The notes beneath the pieces are model-generated. The model saw only the letters and a program-made list of their open reading frames with translations. It had not been told where the DNA came from and did not search any database. A program made the translations under genes and the position numbers. A stretch of 63,922 nucleotides of DNA, the filler included, from Deltaproteobacteria bacterium (GTDB taxonomy: Bacteria; JAUYMQ01), in NCBI GenBank assembly GCA_030698575.1. It is 7 parts of 7 records of this genome, joined end to end, with 100 filler letters (N's around TTAATTAATTAA, not from the genome) between each part and the next. Parts side by side here need not be neighbours in the genome. Positions count along the whole stretch, not along the records: positions 21,081 to 48,938 come from JAUYMQ010000337.1; 6 more parts are not named here. One strand, given 5' to 3'. Below, piece after piece: positions 30,994-40,639 of this stretch; position 1 is the stretch's first letter, and each line of letters opens with the position of its first letter.

Positions 30994-31833
30994 TCATCGC
31001 CCGCGATCCGTGATCGACGCGCCTGCCGCATCGCCCCGGAGTGGCTGCGTCAGCATCTTCGCAAGGCCGTACTCCGCCGGCGACCGGAAACTCTCGAGCC
31101 CTATTCGCATCTCGAGATGGCCGTCCCGCGGCTGGGCCCGGTAGGTGCCCAGCAGGCGATCCCACCAAGGCAGATTGAATCCGAAGTTGCTGTTGGTTTC
31201 TCGTGTCACGACCGAGTGGTGCACGCGATGCATGTCCGGGGTCACGACGAACCAGCGCAGCACCCCGTCCAGCGCCGACGGGATGCGCACGTTCGAATGG
31301 TTGAAAAGCGACATGCTGCTGAGAACTATCTCGAACAGGACGACTGCCGCAACCGGCGGGCCGATCGCGGCGACGGCCCCCACCTTGATGACCATGCTCA
31401 GCAGGATCTCGGCGGGGTGAAAGCGGCCGCCCGTTGTCACGTCGAAGTCGACGTCCGAGTGATGCATCCGGTGAAAGCGCCAGAAGAGCGGCACGGCATG
31501 GAACATGACGTGCTGCAGGTAAATCAGGAGATCCAGAAGCAGGACTGCGGCGGGCAGGGCTATCCAGGCGGGAATCGCGGCAACCTTCAGGAGTCCCCAG
31601 CCCCGTTCGCCGGCCGCGATGGCCATACCCACCGCTGCGGCGGGAAAGAGCAGCCGGACGAGCAGCGTATTGATCACGAGGATGCCCAGATTGGGCGGCC
31701 ACCGGCGCCTATGCGCGTTCTCGATCCGCCGGCGCGGGAGAAAAATCTCCGCGAGGGCCATGACTCCGAAGACGGAAGCGAAGGCCCCGAAACGGACGAG
31801 CGCTTCGTTCTCCTGCATGATCGCCGCGATCAC
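30994..31833 (-). CDS. Sterol desaturase / fatty acid hydroxylase-family protein
   Basis: His boxes QHVMFH, RFHRMHHSD, FNHSN, HRVHHS and NSNFGFNLPWWDRLLGTY. Confidence 0.9.
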   Translation of the reverse strand: MIAAIMQENEALVRFGAFASVFGVMALAEIFLPRRRIENAHRRRWPPNLGILVINTLLVRLLFPAAAVGMAIAAGERGWGLLKVAAIPAWIALPAAVLLLDLLIYLQHVMFHAVPLFWRFHRMHHSDVDFDVTTGGRFHPAEILLSMVIKVGAVAAIGPPVAAVVLFEIVLSSMSLFNHSNVRIPSALDGVLRWFVVTPDMHRVHHSVVTRETNSNFGFNLPWWDRLLGTYRAQPRDGHLEMRIGLESFRSPAEYGLAKMLTQPLRGDAAGASITDRGR

Positions 31834-32729
31834 GGAGATCCCTCGAGGAACTCCGCCAGCGCCTTGCAGAACTCCTCGGGCCGCTCGAGTTCCGGGAAGT
31901 GCCCTGTCCCCTCGAACTCCCGGTAGGCCGCATGCGGCAGATGGGTGAGGGATGAACGCTTGTCGGTCCGCCGGTGCGTGCGATCCTTCAGGCCCCAGAG
32001 AACCATTGACGGCTTCTCGAGGTCGCTGAACTTCGGCGCGGGTTCGGACACGAGTTTCTGGAAGGCCGAGGCCAGCGAGTAGCCGGCGCCCTGATCGAAC
32101 GCAGCCTGTGCGACGGTGTCAAAGCGCGCCGCGGTGGCGGTGTCGGGCGTGCAAATGTCGTACCAGCCGCGCGCGACGCGCCGCTTACCGACCGCCAGAA
32201 TGAGCTGCCCGAGCACGGGCGTGCCCAGCCGCCCCTGCGGATCCACCCGGTTGTACCAGGCGATCTGCTCGGGCCAGGACGGGGTTTGAATCAGGATAAT
32301 GTGCGATACGAGTTCGGGCCGATCGGCGGCCAGACGAAGGGCCATCTGGCCCGCCACGCAGGAAAACGCGACAACGCAGGGCGCGGCTTCGAGCCTGTCG
32401 AGAATTTTCGCCGCGATGCGCACCTGCGACTCGAAAGAGAAGCTGAAGCCCTTCTTGGGAACTGACAGGCCGAAGCCCGGGATCTCGAGACAAATCACGC
32501 GATGCGCGGGCGACAGAAGTTCGAAGAGGCGGTCGTAGTGCTCGATGACGTTGGGCGGATCGGGCGTGAAGACAATCGTCGACGGGCCCCTGCCGAGATC
32601 GCGCACACGCACGAGGGCGTCGTCCAGTTCAATGTGCCCGAGGCCCGGCCGCTCCGCGGACGCTGTGGCGCGCCGCAGGCGGGGCAACAGCCGCTGCATG
32701 AGGGTTCGATCAATCCATCCGGCGTCCAT
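31830..32729 (-). CDS. Alpha/beta hydrolase with atypical nucleophile elbow
   Basis: EIPGFGLS, WGLKD, GHFPELERP. The nucleophile region reads AFSCVAG. Confidence 0.8.
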   Translation of the reverse strand: MDAGWIDRTLMQRLLPRLRRATASAERPGLGHIELDDALVRVRDLGRGPSTIVFTPDPPNVIEHYDRLFELLSPAHRVICLEIPGFGLSVPKKGFSFSFESQVRIAAKILDRLEAAPCVVAFSCVAGQMALRLAADRPELVSHIILIQTPSWPEQIAWYNRVDPQGRLGTPVLGQLILAVGKRRVARGWYDICTPDTATAARFDTVAQAAFDQGAGYSLASAFQKLVSEPAPKFSDLEKPSMVLWGLKDRTHRRTDKRSSLTHLPHAAYREFEGTGHFPELERPEEFCKALAEFLEGSP

Positions 32730-32858
32730 GGGCCGTTCTCCCCTGCGCGCCCTCCCGATCGTCGAGGCCGCGCGCTCGCCGCCCGGGGCCTATGTTAGCA
32801 TCGGCGGGGCAATTGCCCACGGATGGGCGCCGTAGCGCGCCCCGGAGTATTTTCAATC

Positions 32859-34277
32859 ATGCCGGTTTCAGCCGCCTACCGCCCCGCACCGCGCTTCCCG
32901 GCGCTGGGGGGCGCCTTCTTCGACGCCGTCGAGCCTGCGTGCTTTCCGACGTCGAGAATCCGCTACCGGAATGATCGGTGGGCAGCCCGGATCGGGCTCG
33001 AGGATCTCGACGGCCAGGAATGGGAGCAGCATTTCGCGCGCTTCGAACCGCTTCCAGGAAATCTCGACCGGCCTCTTGCGCTGCGTTACCACGGCCATCA
33101 GTTCATGGTCTACAACCCGAACCTGGGCGACGGCCGCGGCTTTCTCTTTGCGCAGCTCATCGACGCCCGGGACGGACGCCTGCTCGATCTCGGCACGAAG
33201 GGGAGCGGGCAGACGCCCTGGTCGCGGGGCGGCGACGGACGGCTGACCCTGAAAGGCGGCGTCCGTGAGGTTCTTGCCTCGGAAATGCTCGAGGCGCTGG
33301 GCGTCAGCACCTCCAAGAATCTGAGCCTCATAGAGACGGGCGAATCGTTGCACCGTGGCGACGAGCCCGCGCCGACCCGTTCCGCCGTTCTCGTGCGCCT
33401 GAGCCATTCCCATGTGCGCTTCGGGAACTTCCAAAGGTTGTCCTATCTCAAGGACGGCGCGAGTCTCCGGAACCTGCTCGATTACTGCATCGAGAATTAC
33501 ATGCCGGAACTCGCCCTCTCCGGGAACAGGCCTGCGGCCTTTCTTCGGGAGGTATCCCGGCGGAGCGCCGCACTCTGCGCAAGCTGGATGATGGCCGGGT
33601 TCGTTCACGGTGTGCTGAACACCGACAACATGAACGTGACGGGCGAGAGCTTCGACTACGGCCCCTACCGGTTCCTGCCAGCCCTCGATCCGGCTTTCGT
33701 GGCGGCCTATTTCGATCACGGCGGATTGTACGCCTACGGCCGCCAGCCGTTGATCGTGCGCTGGAATCTCGAGCGGCTCGCCGATGCGCTCCGGCCCCTC
33801 GCAACCGAGGCGTCGCTTTCGGAGGCGCTCGACGGATACGAACACGATCTCGATCTCGCGCTGCAAGCAGGGTTCCTGTCGCGGCTCGGGCTTCGCGCGC
33901 TGGGGCCGGAGTCCGATGCGCGACTCCTCGCGGTGGCTTCCGAATTTCTCGAAGAGAGCGGTGCGGGATTCGAGCAGTTCTTCTTCGACTGGCGCGGCGG
34001 GATGGGCGCCGAGCGGCGCGCGATGAACGGCCCCGCGGGCGCGCGCTACGCGGGAGGTCCCTTTGCTTCCTTCCGGCGCGCACTCGAGACCTACGAGCCG
34101 GAAGCCCGGGCCGTTCGCGCCCATCCGTACTTCGAAGGCGTGCGCCCGTGCGCGCTTCTCGTTGACGAGGTGGAGAAAATCTGGGAGGCTATCGCCGATC
34201 GCGACGACTGGTCGCTCTTTGACGCCAAGATCGCGCGCATCGGCGAGATGCGGGACGCCTACGGCGGGCAAACCTGA
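32859..34277 (+). CDS. selO: Protein adenylyltransferase SelO (YdiU family)
   Basis: YHGHQF, LGDGRG, KGSGQTPWSRGGDGR, HVRFG, GFVHGVLNTDNM, FDYGPY. Confidence 0.93.
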   Translation: MPVSAAYRPAPRFPALGGAFFDAVEPACFPTSRIRYRNDRWAARIGLEDLDGQEWEQHFARFEPLPGNLDRPLALRYHGHQFMVYNPNLGDGRGFLFAQLIDARDGRLLDLGTKGSGQTPWSRGGDGRLTLKGGVREVLASEMLEALGVSTSKNLSLIETGESLHRGDEPAPTRSAVLVRLSHSHVRFGNFQRLSYLKDGASLRNLLDYCIENYMPELALSGNRPAAFLREVSRRSAALCASWMMAGFVHGVLNTDNMNVTGESFDYGPYRFLPALDPAFVAAYFDHGGLYAYGRQPLIVRWNLERLADALRPLATEASLSEALDGYEHDLDLALQAGFLSRLGLRALGPESDARLLAVASEFLEESGAGFEQFFFDWRGGMGAERRAMNGPAGARYAGGPFASFRRALETYEPEARAVRAHPYFEGVRPCALLVDEVEKIWEAIADRDDWSLFDAKIARIGEMRDAYGGQT

Positions 34278-34297
34278 CCGGACGATAAGGGGGAAAT

Positions 34298-34726
34298 ATG
34301 ATCGGATCCATCCTCGACAACACCACGCGTCAGAGTGCGGGATCGTTCGGGCTGCTGGTTCTCCGGGTCGGCACGGCCGGCATGATGATCTACTCCCACG
34401 GCTGGGACAAGCTCGCCGGTTTCACCGAGAAATCAGCCGTCTTCCCGGATCCGCTGGGCATCGGCAGCGCCGCGAGCCTGGCCCTGGCCACCTTCGCCGA
34501 GTTCTTCTGCGCCATCGCGATTCTCCTCGGCTTCGCGACGCGGGTCGCCGCGCTTCCCCTCGTTATCAACATGCTCGTGGTGGTGCTGGTGGTCCACGGC
34601 GCCGACCCCTTTGCAAAGAAGGAGTTCGCGCTGCTGTACGCGATTCCCTACATTACCCTCCTCTTCGCGGGCGGTGGAAAATATTCCCTCGATGCGGTTC
34701 TATGGTCCCGGTCACGCGGGCGATAG
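34298..34726 (+). CDS. DoxX-family membrane protein
   Basis: LLVLRV..G..M..HG..KL, FPDPLG, LLGFATR.AA, GGGKYSLD. Confidence 0.88.
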   Translation: MIGSILDNTTRQSAGSFGLLVLRVGTAGMMIYSHGWDKLAGFTEKSAVFPDPLGIGSAASLALATFAEFFCAIAILLGFATRVAALPLVINMLVVVLVVHGADPFAKKEFALLYAIPYITLLFAGGGKYSLDAVLWSRSRGR

Positions 34727-34857
34727 ACCGCCTCCGTTTTTCCCCCCACGCCTGAATCCTTTTTCGCGCTTCCGGCATCAGGATAGGGAGGGGTTTGCGC
34801 GCCGCCGGCCCCCGGCAGGGCCGGTCCAGGTCAACAGAGTCAAGAGGAGGAAGACGC

Positions 34858-36045
34858 ATGGCCGCAGGAAAGAATGGTTCCGCGCTCGATGTGGAGCGCG
34901 TGGTCCGCGAGCGGTACGGGGAGGCCGCGCGCGGGCGCGAGGAGGCGCTTTGCTGCCCCCTGGAGTACGACCCCCGCTATCTCGAGGTCATTCCGGAGGA
35001 AGTTCTCGAGCGCGACTACGGTTGCGGAGATCCGTCGCGCTACGTGCGCGAGGGCGACACGGTTCTGGATCTCGGCAGCGGCGGCGGCAAGATATGTTTC
35101 ATCGCGGCGCAGATCGTCGGACCCAAGGGGCTCGTGATCGGTATAGACATGAACGATGAGATGCTCGCGCTTGCCCGCCGGAGCGCCCCGATCGTGTCCG
35201 AGCGCGTCGGCTATGCGAACATCTCCTTCCACAAGGCCCGCATTCAGGATCTCGCCCTCGATCTCGACAGGCTCGAGGCGAGGCTCAATGACAAGCCGGT
35301 CAAGAGCCTCCACGATCTCGCGTCCCTCGACGAGTACTCCCGGCGCCAGAGGGCCGGGCAGCCTCTCGTTCCCGACGCGTCCGTCGACGTCGTCATATCA
35401 AACTGCGTCCTGAACCTCGTGCACGACGCCGACAAGCCGGCGCTCATCCGGGAGATCTTCCGCGTCCTGAAACCCGGCGGCCGCATCGCCATCTCTGACA
35501 TCGTGAGTGACGAGTTCGCGCCGGAGGCGCTCAAGGCCGATCCGGAACTCTGGAGCGGCTGCATTTCCGGCGCTTTCCAGGAGGAAGAGTTGCTGCGCGC
35601 GCTCGAGGAGGCGGGATTCTATGGCATCGCCCTGGATCAGTGGGTCGAGGAGCCCTTCCGGGTAGTCGATGGAATCGAGTTCCGCGCGATCACGGTGACG
35701 GGGCGAAAGGGAAAAGAAGGGCCCTGCTTCGAGGCGAACCAGGCGGTGATCTACAAAGGTCCCTGGAGGCAGGTCGAGGACGACGACGGCCACGTGCTTC
35801 GCCGCGGCCAGCGGGTGGCCGTGTGCGCCAAGACCTACCGGATCTACACGTCGCCTCCTTATTCGCAGGACGTCATCGCGGTCCCGCCGCGTATCGAAAT
35901 TCCCCTGACGGCCCGGGAGCCCTTCGACTGCGCGCGCACCGCGCTCCGCCACCCCCGCGAAACCAAGGGCGAGGCCTACCGCGAAAGCACGCCGGCGCCG
36001 GCCGCCGGCAGCGGCGGCTGCTGCGCGCCCGGCGATTGCGGATGA
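34858..36045 (+). CDS. ArsM-like SAM-dependent methyltransferase
   Basis: [45 protein letters not shown], and a C-terminal GGCC.PGDC. Confidence 0.82.
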   Translation: MAAGKNGSALDVERVVRERYGEAARGREEALCCPLEYDPRYLEVIPEEVLERDYGCGDPSRYVREGDTVLDLGSGGGKICFIAAQIVGPKGLVIGIDMNDEMLALARRSAPIVSERVGYANISFHKARIQDLALDLDRLEARLNDKPVKSLHDLASLDEYSRRQRAGQPLVPDASVDVVISNCVLNLVHDADKPALIREIFRVLKPGGRIAISDIVSDEFAPEALKADPELWSGCISGAFQEEELLRALEEAGFYGIALDQWVEEPFRVVDGIEFRAITVTGRKGKEGPCFEANQAVIYKGPWRQVEDDDGHVLRRGQRVAVCAKTYRIYTSPPYSQDVIAVPPRIEIPLTAREPFDCARTALRHPRETKGEAYRESTPAPAAGSGGCCAPGDCG

Positions 36046-36103
36046 CGACCCGGGGCCGCAGCCCGTCCAGCGCTGTTAAATTTTCTGAACCGGAGGCTCC
36101 TTC

Positions 36104-36565
36104 ATGTCGGAACACAAGGCGTCGGTGACCTGGAAGCGGAACACGCCCGACTTCAGCTACGAGACCTATGACCGGACGCACGCCTGGCGCTTCGAGGGGG
36201 GCGTGACGCTCACCGCGTCGGCGGCGCCGGAGTTTATGGGAAACCCCGAGCTGGTCGACCCGGAGTCGGCCTATGCCGCCTCGCTTTCGAGCTGTCACCT
36301 GCTCTCGTTCCTCGCGATCGCCGCGCGGAAGAAGTTCACCGTGGACAGTTATGCGGACCATGCAGTTGCAACCCTGGAGAAGAACGCCGAGGGAAAGCTC
36401 GCGATCACGCGTGTGGTCCTTCGACCGCGGGTGACTTTCGGGGGCGAGCGGATCCCCGACGAAGCCGAGATCAGGAAGCTCCACGAGCGCGCTCACGGCA
36501 TTTGCTTCATCGCCAATTCTGTTCGCTCGGAGGTCGTCGTGGAGCCGGTGGTGGGCGCGGGGTGA
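36104..36565 (+). CDS. OsmC/Ohr-family protein
   Basis: VDPE...ASLSSCHLLSFL and HGICFIANSV (two catalytic Cys). Confidence 0.9.
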   Translation: MSEHKASVTWKRNTPDFSYETYDRTHAWRFEGGVTLTASAAPEFMGNPELVDPESAYAASLSSCHLLSFLAIAARKKFTVDSYADHAVATLEKNAEGKLAITRVVLRPRVTFGGERIPDEAEIRKLHERAHGICFIANSVRSEVVVEPVVGAG

Positions 36566-36646
36566 CCGGCGGCGACACTCAGTCGGAGAGCGCCCGCAGG
36601 CCCTGAGGGATGGCGACGGCAGCATCGGGCCGAGGGAGCGGGGGCG

Positions 36647-38623
36647 CTACATGCTTGCGATTCGCTCGACGGCCGCGGTGGGCCCCGCAAGGAGGAGCGT
36701 ATCCCCCTCGCGGATCCGGTCGCTGGAGGACGGGACGCGAGTCCTCGAACCTCCCTTGCTCCCGGTCTGGTTTCGAATGAAGATCACCTGCACACCGTAC
36801 TCCACCCTGACGTTCAGCTCGCCGATGGTCCGGCCGAGAAATGCGGGCGGCGCCAGTATCTCCCCCATGACGTGACCATCCCCGAGGTCGACGCGGCGTA
36901 GCTTCTCCGCGAGCCGGACGCTGCTGCCCAGGCTTCCGGTCAGATCCAGTTCGATCAAGGCGCGATTCCGGGCCTCGATGACGTCGGATTTCCGCACGAC
37001 ACCAATCACCTTTCGAGGGTTGTCCGCCGGCACCACGGCGATCTCGTCCATGTCCCCCTGGCCGAACAGGCGGAGCACGTGGTCGAGGTCGTCTTGCTCG
37101 GTCACCGTCATGCGGAAGGGATCCAGCAGATCCCCCGCGACGACCACGTCCTGCAGCGTTTCGCGCTCGAAAATCACTTCTCTCAGCCGTGACAGCGAGA
37201 TGGCCCCTTCCAGTTCCCCCCTGTTGTTGAGGACGAATAACTCCTTGTGGCGGCTTCTGACGACCATCTCGAGCACGACGAGCAACTTTGCTGAATCCGG
37301 TATCAACTCGGCTTCTCGATCGAAGATGTCGGCGACACGGATGTGCTTCAGCACGTTCGCGTCGGGCACGGCGCGGATGTCCACTCCGCGGCGCATGAGC
37401 TTCATGGTGTAGATCGAGTCCCGTTTGAGCCAGGTGGCCAGAAGGCTGCTCACCACGCACGACGCCATGAGGGGCGGGACGATGGTGTAGTCCCCCGTCA
37501 TCTCGAATATGATGATAATGGCGGTGATCGGGGCATGCGTCGTGGCCGCCACGACGGCGCTCATGCCCACGAGGGCATAGGCGCCTGACGTCGCGGTCCA
37601 GCCGGGAAACCACTGATGGACGAGGGTGCCGAAGAAGCCCCCGGTCACCGCCCCGAGAAAGAGCGAAGGCGCGAAGACACCGCCCGAGCCGCCCGAACCG
37701 ATCGTGACCGAGGTGGCGACCATCTTGGCCAGCAGGAGGGCCCCCAGGGTCAGCAGGGGCAGGCTGCCCACGAGGGCATGATTGATGCTGCCGTAGCCGA
37801 CGCCGAATACCTCGGGGAGCCAGACGCCGATACACCCGATGAGAAGCCCTCCCAGGGCGGGCTTCAGGTACTCCGGCATCGGCACCCGCTCAAACAGGTC
37901 CTCCGTCCCGTAGAGCAGGACCGTCATTCCCACGCCCACGAAAGCCGCGACGATGCCGAGCCCCATGTATGGGACAAGTTCGAAAGGGCTCACGAGCGCG
38001 TAGTCCGGGACATCGAACGCGGGAAAGTCGCCCAGGAAATGGCGGGAGAGCACGGTGGCCACGACGGAGGAGATGACGATGGGGCTGAATTGGGCGACGC
38101 CGAAGTCACCCAGGATGATCTCCACGGCGAACAGGGCTCCGGCGATGGGTGCGTTGAAGGTCGCCGCGATTCCCGAGGCGGCGCCACAGGCCACGATGGT
38201 CCTGAGGTGGCGGGAAGGGAGCCGCAGGAACTGACCGATCGTCGAGCTGAGCGCCGAGCCTATCTGAACAATGGGCCCTTCGCGCCCCACCGAACCGCCC
38301 GATCCGATGGAGATCGCAGAGGCCAGCGCTTTGACGGCCACCACGCGGGGGCGGATGGTCCCTCCGCGCAGCGTAACGGCTTCCATGACCTCCGGCACGC
38401 CGTGACCCTTGGCTTCCCGGGCGAAGAAGTAGACCAGGGGCCCGACAATGAGTCCTCCCAGTGCGGGGATGAGTAGACGGTAGGTCCACGGAAGGGCGCT
38501 GGCGATCGGGAGAAGATCGCCGCTGCCTCCGAAGAACCGGGACTGAACGAGCTTGATAAGCTCGCGGAAGGCAATGGCGCCGAAACCCCCGGCAACGCCG
38601 GTGAAGATCGCCACCACCACCAT
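36647..38623 (-). CDS. ClC chloride channel/antiporter with CBS pair and TrkA-C domain
   Basis: GHGVPEV, GSVGREGP, FNAPIAGALF, GGVFAPSL, FEMTGDY, then CBS and RCK-C-like segments. The exact start is uncertain. Confidence 0.92.
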   Translation of the reverse strand: MVVVAIFTGVAGGFGAIAFRELIKLVQSRFFGGSGDLLPIASALPWTYRLLIPALGGLIVGPLVYFFAREAKGHGVPEVMEAVTLRGGTIRPRVVAVKALASAISIGSGGSVGREGPIVQIGSALSSTIGQFLRLPSRHLRTIVACGAASGIAATFNAPIAGALFAVEIILGDFGVAQFSPIVISSVVATVLSRHFLGDFPAFDVPDYALVSPFELVPYMGLGIVAAFVGVGMTVLLYGTEDLFERVPMPEYLKPALGGLLIGCIGVWLPEVFGVGYGSINHALVGSLPLLTLGALLLAKMVATSVTIGSGGSGGVFAPSLFLGAVTGGFFGTLVHQWFPGWTATSGAYALVGMSAVVAATTHAPITAIIIIFEMTGDYTIVPPLMASCVVSSLLATWLKRDSIYTMKLMRRGVDIRAVPDANVLKHIRVADIFDREAELIPDSAKLLVVLEMVVRSRHKELFVLNNRGELEGAISLSRLREVIFERETLQDVVVAGDLLDPFRMTVTEQDDLDHVLRLFGQGDMDEIAVVPADNPRKVIGVVRKSDVIEARNRALIELDLTGSLGSSVRLAEKLRRVDLGDGHVMGEILAPPAFLGRTIGELNVRVEYGVQVIFIRNQTGSKGGSRTRVPSSSDRIREGDTLLLAGPTAAVERIASM

Positions 38624-38840
38624 GAAGGTGTGGCCGGGGATCCGTGATCTCAGCGAACTGGAAGACGCCTCGGCGATGACCCTTCTCCACGCAACTGATT
38701 CGGGACAGGGCCGGCTGCGGTCACAAGACGACGAGTACCTGCGGGCCCCCGGGCCGCGCGCGGGCAGGATCCCGGCTGAGCGCGGTGCGCGTTCGTGACC
38801 ATAACGCCTGCCGATGCGCGGCGCAATCAGTCGAGGATTT

Positions 38841-40319
38841 TCAGGAAGCGAGCAGCTGGAAGAGGCTTAGCATGGCCTCGGTGTCGCGCTTGCAGTAGGC
38901 TAGAAGCTCCGCGCGCAGCCGGACGGCGCGGTCCGCGGGCGTGGCCGGGTCGATCATCTCGGCGTAGGCGAGTCCGGCCAGCGTCCCCTCGGCGATCGCG
39001 AGATCGCCGTAGCCACTTCCAGGCACGAGGACCGGGAGGACGTTTTTGATCGAGAAAGACCCGTGGAAGTCCGGATGGTAGCAATGGTCCCGGATGAGGG
39101 GGTGCATGTCCTGCACGCGGCCCTCGATGCTGAGCAGTTCCGTGGCCAGGTCAGGAAGGGCGTCGGCCAACTCCCTGAGGCGTGTCGCCTCGAAGCTTGA
39201 ATAGGCGGCGACCGATGCGGCGCCGCGTGTGGCCTCGACCAGGCTTCGCGCGAGGGCAGGGCGGGGGTCGTCGGCTCCGCCGTGAAGATACTCGTGGTGA
39301 ACCGGCTGCCCGTTCTTCTCCAGCACATGCAGGGAGTACTGGAAGGGGATCATCTGGTAGGGGTGCGTGCCCGGAAAGAGCGGGAGGCCCGGATTCACCG
39401 TTTCGAAGTCGAGGAAGTGGACAGGATACCGGTAGGCCTTCAATCGTTTCGACAGCGCGGCGTCGATGATCGGCTTGCCCGTCCTGATAGCGAGGCACTG
39501 GCGATCCTGCAGCCTGGTCAGCGCCACCTCCCCCTCCGGCAGGTCGCGGAGGTCGCGCAAGCCGAGCGCCCGCAACTCGTCGAGCAGCCGGGGCGAGATC
39601 CGGTAGAGCTCATGGAGCGGATGCGCCGGGGCATCCCGGTGACAGTGGCCGTGGAAGGGGCAGACGTAGGGGCGGGCGCAATGCGGCCCGATCTCGATGG
39701 GCGGCGGCGTGTTTTCGCGAAGAATCGCCCACATGCCGTCCAGGTGGGACTCGACGGCAGGGAGCCGCCCGCGCGCCTCCTTGGTCAAATCCCCGAGGTG
39801 TAAGAGCTTTGCGAGATCGTACTCACCGCCCGGATGGACGTAGTCGCGGTTCAGGTGCATGAGGCCCGCCCGCCTGATGCTGACCCCCGCGCCATCGATG
39901 ACGTGGAGCTGGAGGGCGACGTCGTCGACGTGCTCGTTCTTCACGCGCGTGGTCGACTTCACCTCGATGAGATCGAATTCGTCCTTGCCCGCGCGTCGCA
40001 GCACATCGGCCCGGATTCGAATGCCCTCATGCGTGAAGGCCGCCTCGAAAATGGCGGGTATCCCGTCGTCCTGGAGCGCGCGGCGCGTGCGGGACTCGGC
40101 GCGGGCGTGCTGCAGAGGTCCTTCCTCGACGAGAAGGCCGCCGGGGTATTGCTGGCGCGCCAGCGCGCCCACCCGGTTGCCGCTGTCGAAGATGGCCTGC
40201 TGCACGGGCCCGACGGGATCGGCCAGGCGCGGATCGTGTCCGGTCAGGTAGAGCCGCTTCGGGCACTGGAGCCCTGCGGTGTAGCGTGATTTCGAAAGTG
40301 TGGGTGCGCGTGATGCCAT
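38841..40319 (-). CDS. DUF2779 protein (PD-(D/E)XK nuclease-like N-terminus plus RNase H-like C-terminus)
   Basis: LSKSRY..GLQCPKRLYL, RADVL...LIEVKST, C..PY.CPF..HC, FLDFET, YQMIPFQYSLH, GSFSIKNVLP, LAYCKRDT. Confidence 0.82.
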   Translation of the reverse strand: MASRAPTLSKSRYTAGLQCPKRLYLTGHDPRLADPVGPVQQAIFDSGNRVGALARQQYPGGLLVEEGPLQHARAESRTRRALQDDGIPAIFEAAFTHEGIRIRADVLRRAGKDEFDLIEVKSTTRVKNEHVDDVALQLHVIDGAGVSIRRAGLMHLNRDYVHPGGEYDLAKLLHLGDLTKEARGRLPAVESHLDGMWAILRENTPPPIEIGPHCARPYVCPFHGHCHRDAPAHPLHELYRISPRLLDELRALGLRDLRDLPEGEVALTRLQDRQCLAIRTGKPIIDAALSKRLKAYRYPVHFLDFETVNPGLPLFPGTHPYQMIPFQYSLHVLEKNGQPVHHEYLHGGADDPRPALARSLVEATRGAASVAAYSSFEATRLRELADALPDLATELLSIEGRVQDMHPLIRDHCYHPDFHGSFSIKNVLPVLVPGSGYGDLAIAEGTLAGLAYAEMIDPATPADRAVRLRAELLAYCKRDTEAMLSLFQLLAS

Positions 40320-40639
40320 CGAACCTGCCCTCTTTGTCGGGGCGCGCGGGAAGTGCTGCGATGAGCCGGGAACGAGCAACCAGATGAGCAACCGCTGGAC
40401 GGGCGGCCAGTACAGTATGTTCCGGATGTTCCCCGGCGCATATCTCGTATTTTCCTTCCTGTAACTATAGACCAGGCATGTGACATCGGCTCCTGGTGTG
40501 AAGGCATCTGGCCTTCGCGGCCGGCGGCGGCACGGGGCCGGGGGGACGGTTGCTCGTGCGCGCGCGCTATCGCAGCGGAGTTGTGCGGGGTGTGGCGGCT
40601 CGCGGGAATTCTCGGGGCGCTCGTTCCGCGGGATGTGTC

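Noticed and set aside
38624-38840. Possible frameshifted N-terminus of the ClC gene (MEKGHRRGVF... in another frame)
   Set aside because: The ClC frame stays open upstream without a clear start, and the alternative-frame peptide has no recognisable similarity. There is too little evidence to call a frameshift.
38841-40319. Cas4 / CRISPR locus
   Set aside because: No repeat-spacer array and no cas1/cas2 anywhere in the window. The protein matches the stand-alone DUF2779 architecture.
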